A DNA stretch of 64,000 nt from Acidimicrobiales bacterium (GTDB taxonomy: Bacteria; Actinomycetota; Acidimicrobiia; Acidimicrobiales; Bog-793). Position 1 is the first letter of the stretch; every line of letters begins with the position of its first letter. Positions 62,818 to 64,000 of this stretch are shown here, piece after piece. Where the stretch lies: positions 32,109-96,108 of the forward strand of contig JBEKBI010000003.1 in the NCBI GenBank assembly GCA_050015475.1, read 5' to 3'. Both the position numbers and the translations under genes were made by a program. The notes beneath the pieces are model-generated. The model saw only the letters and a program-made list of their open reading frames with translations. It was not told the DNA's origin and did no database searches.

Positions 62818-64000
62818 GTGTGCGGGATAGCCGGCTTCACGGGCCACGACCCCGAGCTGCTCGACCGGATGCTGGCCGCGATCGAGCATCGCGGGCCGGA
62901 CTCCTTCGGCGCCGAGGTGGGCGAGGAGTTCACCGTCGGCATGCGTCGGCTTTCAATCGTCGACATCGCCGGCGGAGAGCAGCCGATCCGCTCGGAGCGC
63001 ACCGGCTGCCTCATCGTGTTCAACGGCGAGCTCTACAACAGCGTTGAGCTACGTGCTGAGCTCGCGAGCGCCGGTCACCGTTTCGTCTCGGACCACTCAG
63101 ACACCGAGTCGGTGCTGCGTGCCTACGAGGAGTGGGGCACCTCGTGCGTCACCCACTTGACGGGGATGTTCGCCTTCGCGATCGTCGACCCGCGTTCTCA
63201 CGAGCTGTACCTCGCCCGCGACCGGTTGGGGATCAAGCCCCTCTATTTCCACTCGGAGCCGGGGCGGCTCATCTTCGCCTCCGAGCTGAAGGCCCTCTTC
63301 CAGGACCCGGGCATCACCCGCGCCCCCGATATGGGCGTGCTCTACCAGTTCCTCCTTCATCGCGTGCACGACGCCGGCGAGGAGACGTTCTTCGCAGGAG
63401 TGAAGCGGCTCCTCCCAGGACATTTCATGACGGTCAGGCCCGACGGCCGAATCCGTGCCACCAAGTACTGGTCCCCCGAAGTCAATCCGGAGTTCTCCTC
63501 GTCCAGAAGCGACGCGGAGTACGCGGCTGGCTTCCAACACCTGTTCGAGCGCGTCATCCGCAGGCACATGATCGCCGACGTCCCGGTCGGCGTGTCGCTT
63601 TCGGGAGGCCTCGACTCGAGCGGGGTCTCGTCGGTGATGGCCTCGCTCATGGACTCGGGAGCCGATACCCACACTGAAGGCTCGCTGCACACCTTCTCCG
63701 CTTTGTACCCGGGCCAGACGATCGACGAGAGCGAGTACGTCCACTCGGTGGAGAGGTACGTGAGGAGCATCCCCCACTACGCCTACCCGACGGTCGACGC
63801 CTTCTGGGATGAGATCTCCGAATGGGTGTGGTTCCAGGAGGAGCCGACGATCTCGTCAGCTCCGTACGCGTACTACTCCGTCTACCGGATCGCCAAGGGC
63901 CAAGTGAAAGTGATTCTGTCGGGAAACGGCGGGGACGAGCTGCTGGCCGGATACCTGCCCTACTTCCGCACCTATCTGAGCTCGGCGACCGACCAGCGCC
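62818..64000 (+). CDS. asnB: Asparagine synthase (glutamine-hydrolysing), runs off the window end
   Basis: Own translation from GTG 62818: MCGIAGFTGHD...RGPDS...RRLSIVDIAGGEQP...FNGELYN (Ntn glutaminase domain), then 'VGVSLSGGLDSS' PP-loop. Not in the ORF track because it is edge-truncated. Confidence 0.9.
   Translation, partial: MCGIAGFTGHDPELLDRMLAAIEHRGPDSFGAEVGEEFTVGMRRLSIVDIAGGEQPIRSERTGCLIVFNGELYNSVELRAELASAGHRFVSDHSDTESVLRAYEEWGTSCVTHLTGMFAFAIVDPRSHELYLARDRLGIKPLYFHSEPGRLIFASELKALFQDPGITRAPDMGVLYQFLLHRVHDAGEETFFAGVKRLLPGHFMTVRPDGRIRATKYWSPEVNPEFSSSRSDAEYAAGFQHLFERVIRRHMIADVPVGVSLSGGLDSSGVSSVMASLMDSGADTHTEGSLHTFSALYPGQTIDESEYVHSVERYVRSIPHYAYPTVDAFWDEISEWVWFQEEPTISSAPYAYYSVYRIAKGQVKVILSGNGGDELLAGYLPYFRTYLSSATDQR

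Overview
GC-rich window (about two-thirds G+C by eye, not computed) with frequent GTG/TTG starts and 4-nt start/stop overlaps. A clear Bpa (bacterial proteasome activator) homologue points to a proteasome-bearing actinobacterium. I support about 50 protein-coding genes and found no rRNA, tRNA, CRISPR array, transposase or integrase. Layout: (i) 1.5-10.6 kb, minus strand, a near-complete 4-hydroxybutyrate/crotonyl-CoA to acetyl-CoA cluster (abfT, Cys-rich mini-protein, NifU-like, abfD, Zn-ADH, hbd, thiolase, crotonase, acyl-CoA dehydrogenase). (ii) 11-18.9 kb, housekeeping and transport genes (msrA, an internally deleted class-IV aminotransferase, APC permease, a ParB-like mini-protein coupled to an NPV/NPA aquaporin, stand-alone TrpB2, SGNH lipoprotein, a phosphoribosyltransferase). 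(iii) 18.9-35.7 kb, signalling and regulation (three GGDEF-EAL proteins, bpa, a UvrD-type helicase, two MFS pumps, LysR plus tryptophanase-family lyase, VOC protein, orphan OmpR-type regulator), with a promoter / structured leader / terminator element ahead of one MFS gene. (iv) 36.3-58.8 kb, a cell-envelope island, the most unusual part. It holds a pstB-pstC-pstA operon that continues, translationally coupled, into a C-terminally TM-anchored PstS-fold protein, a 926-aa anchored surface protein and a sortase-fold protein with no Cys and no catalytic His. Facing it is a convergent operon with actinobacterial versions of the Firmicute WxL/DUF916 surface-complex genes, a third PstS-fold protein and paralogous giant secreted proteins. 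Three island proteins end in the same GG[LV]-TM-poly-Arg tail without LPXTG. (v) 59-64 kb, pyrE, a family-5 SBP, a P-loop kinase and asnB (runs off the window). All family assignments come from reading the translations by eye; no database search was run.
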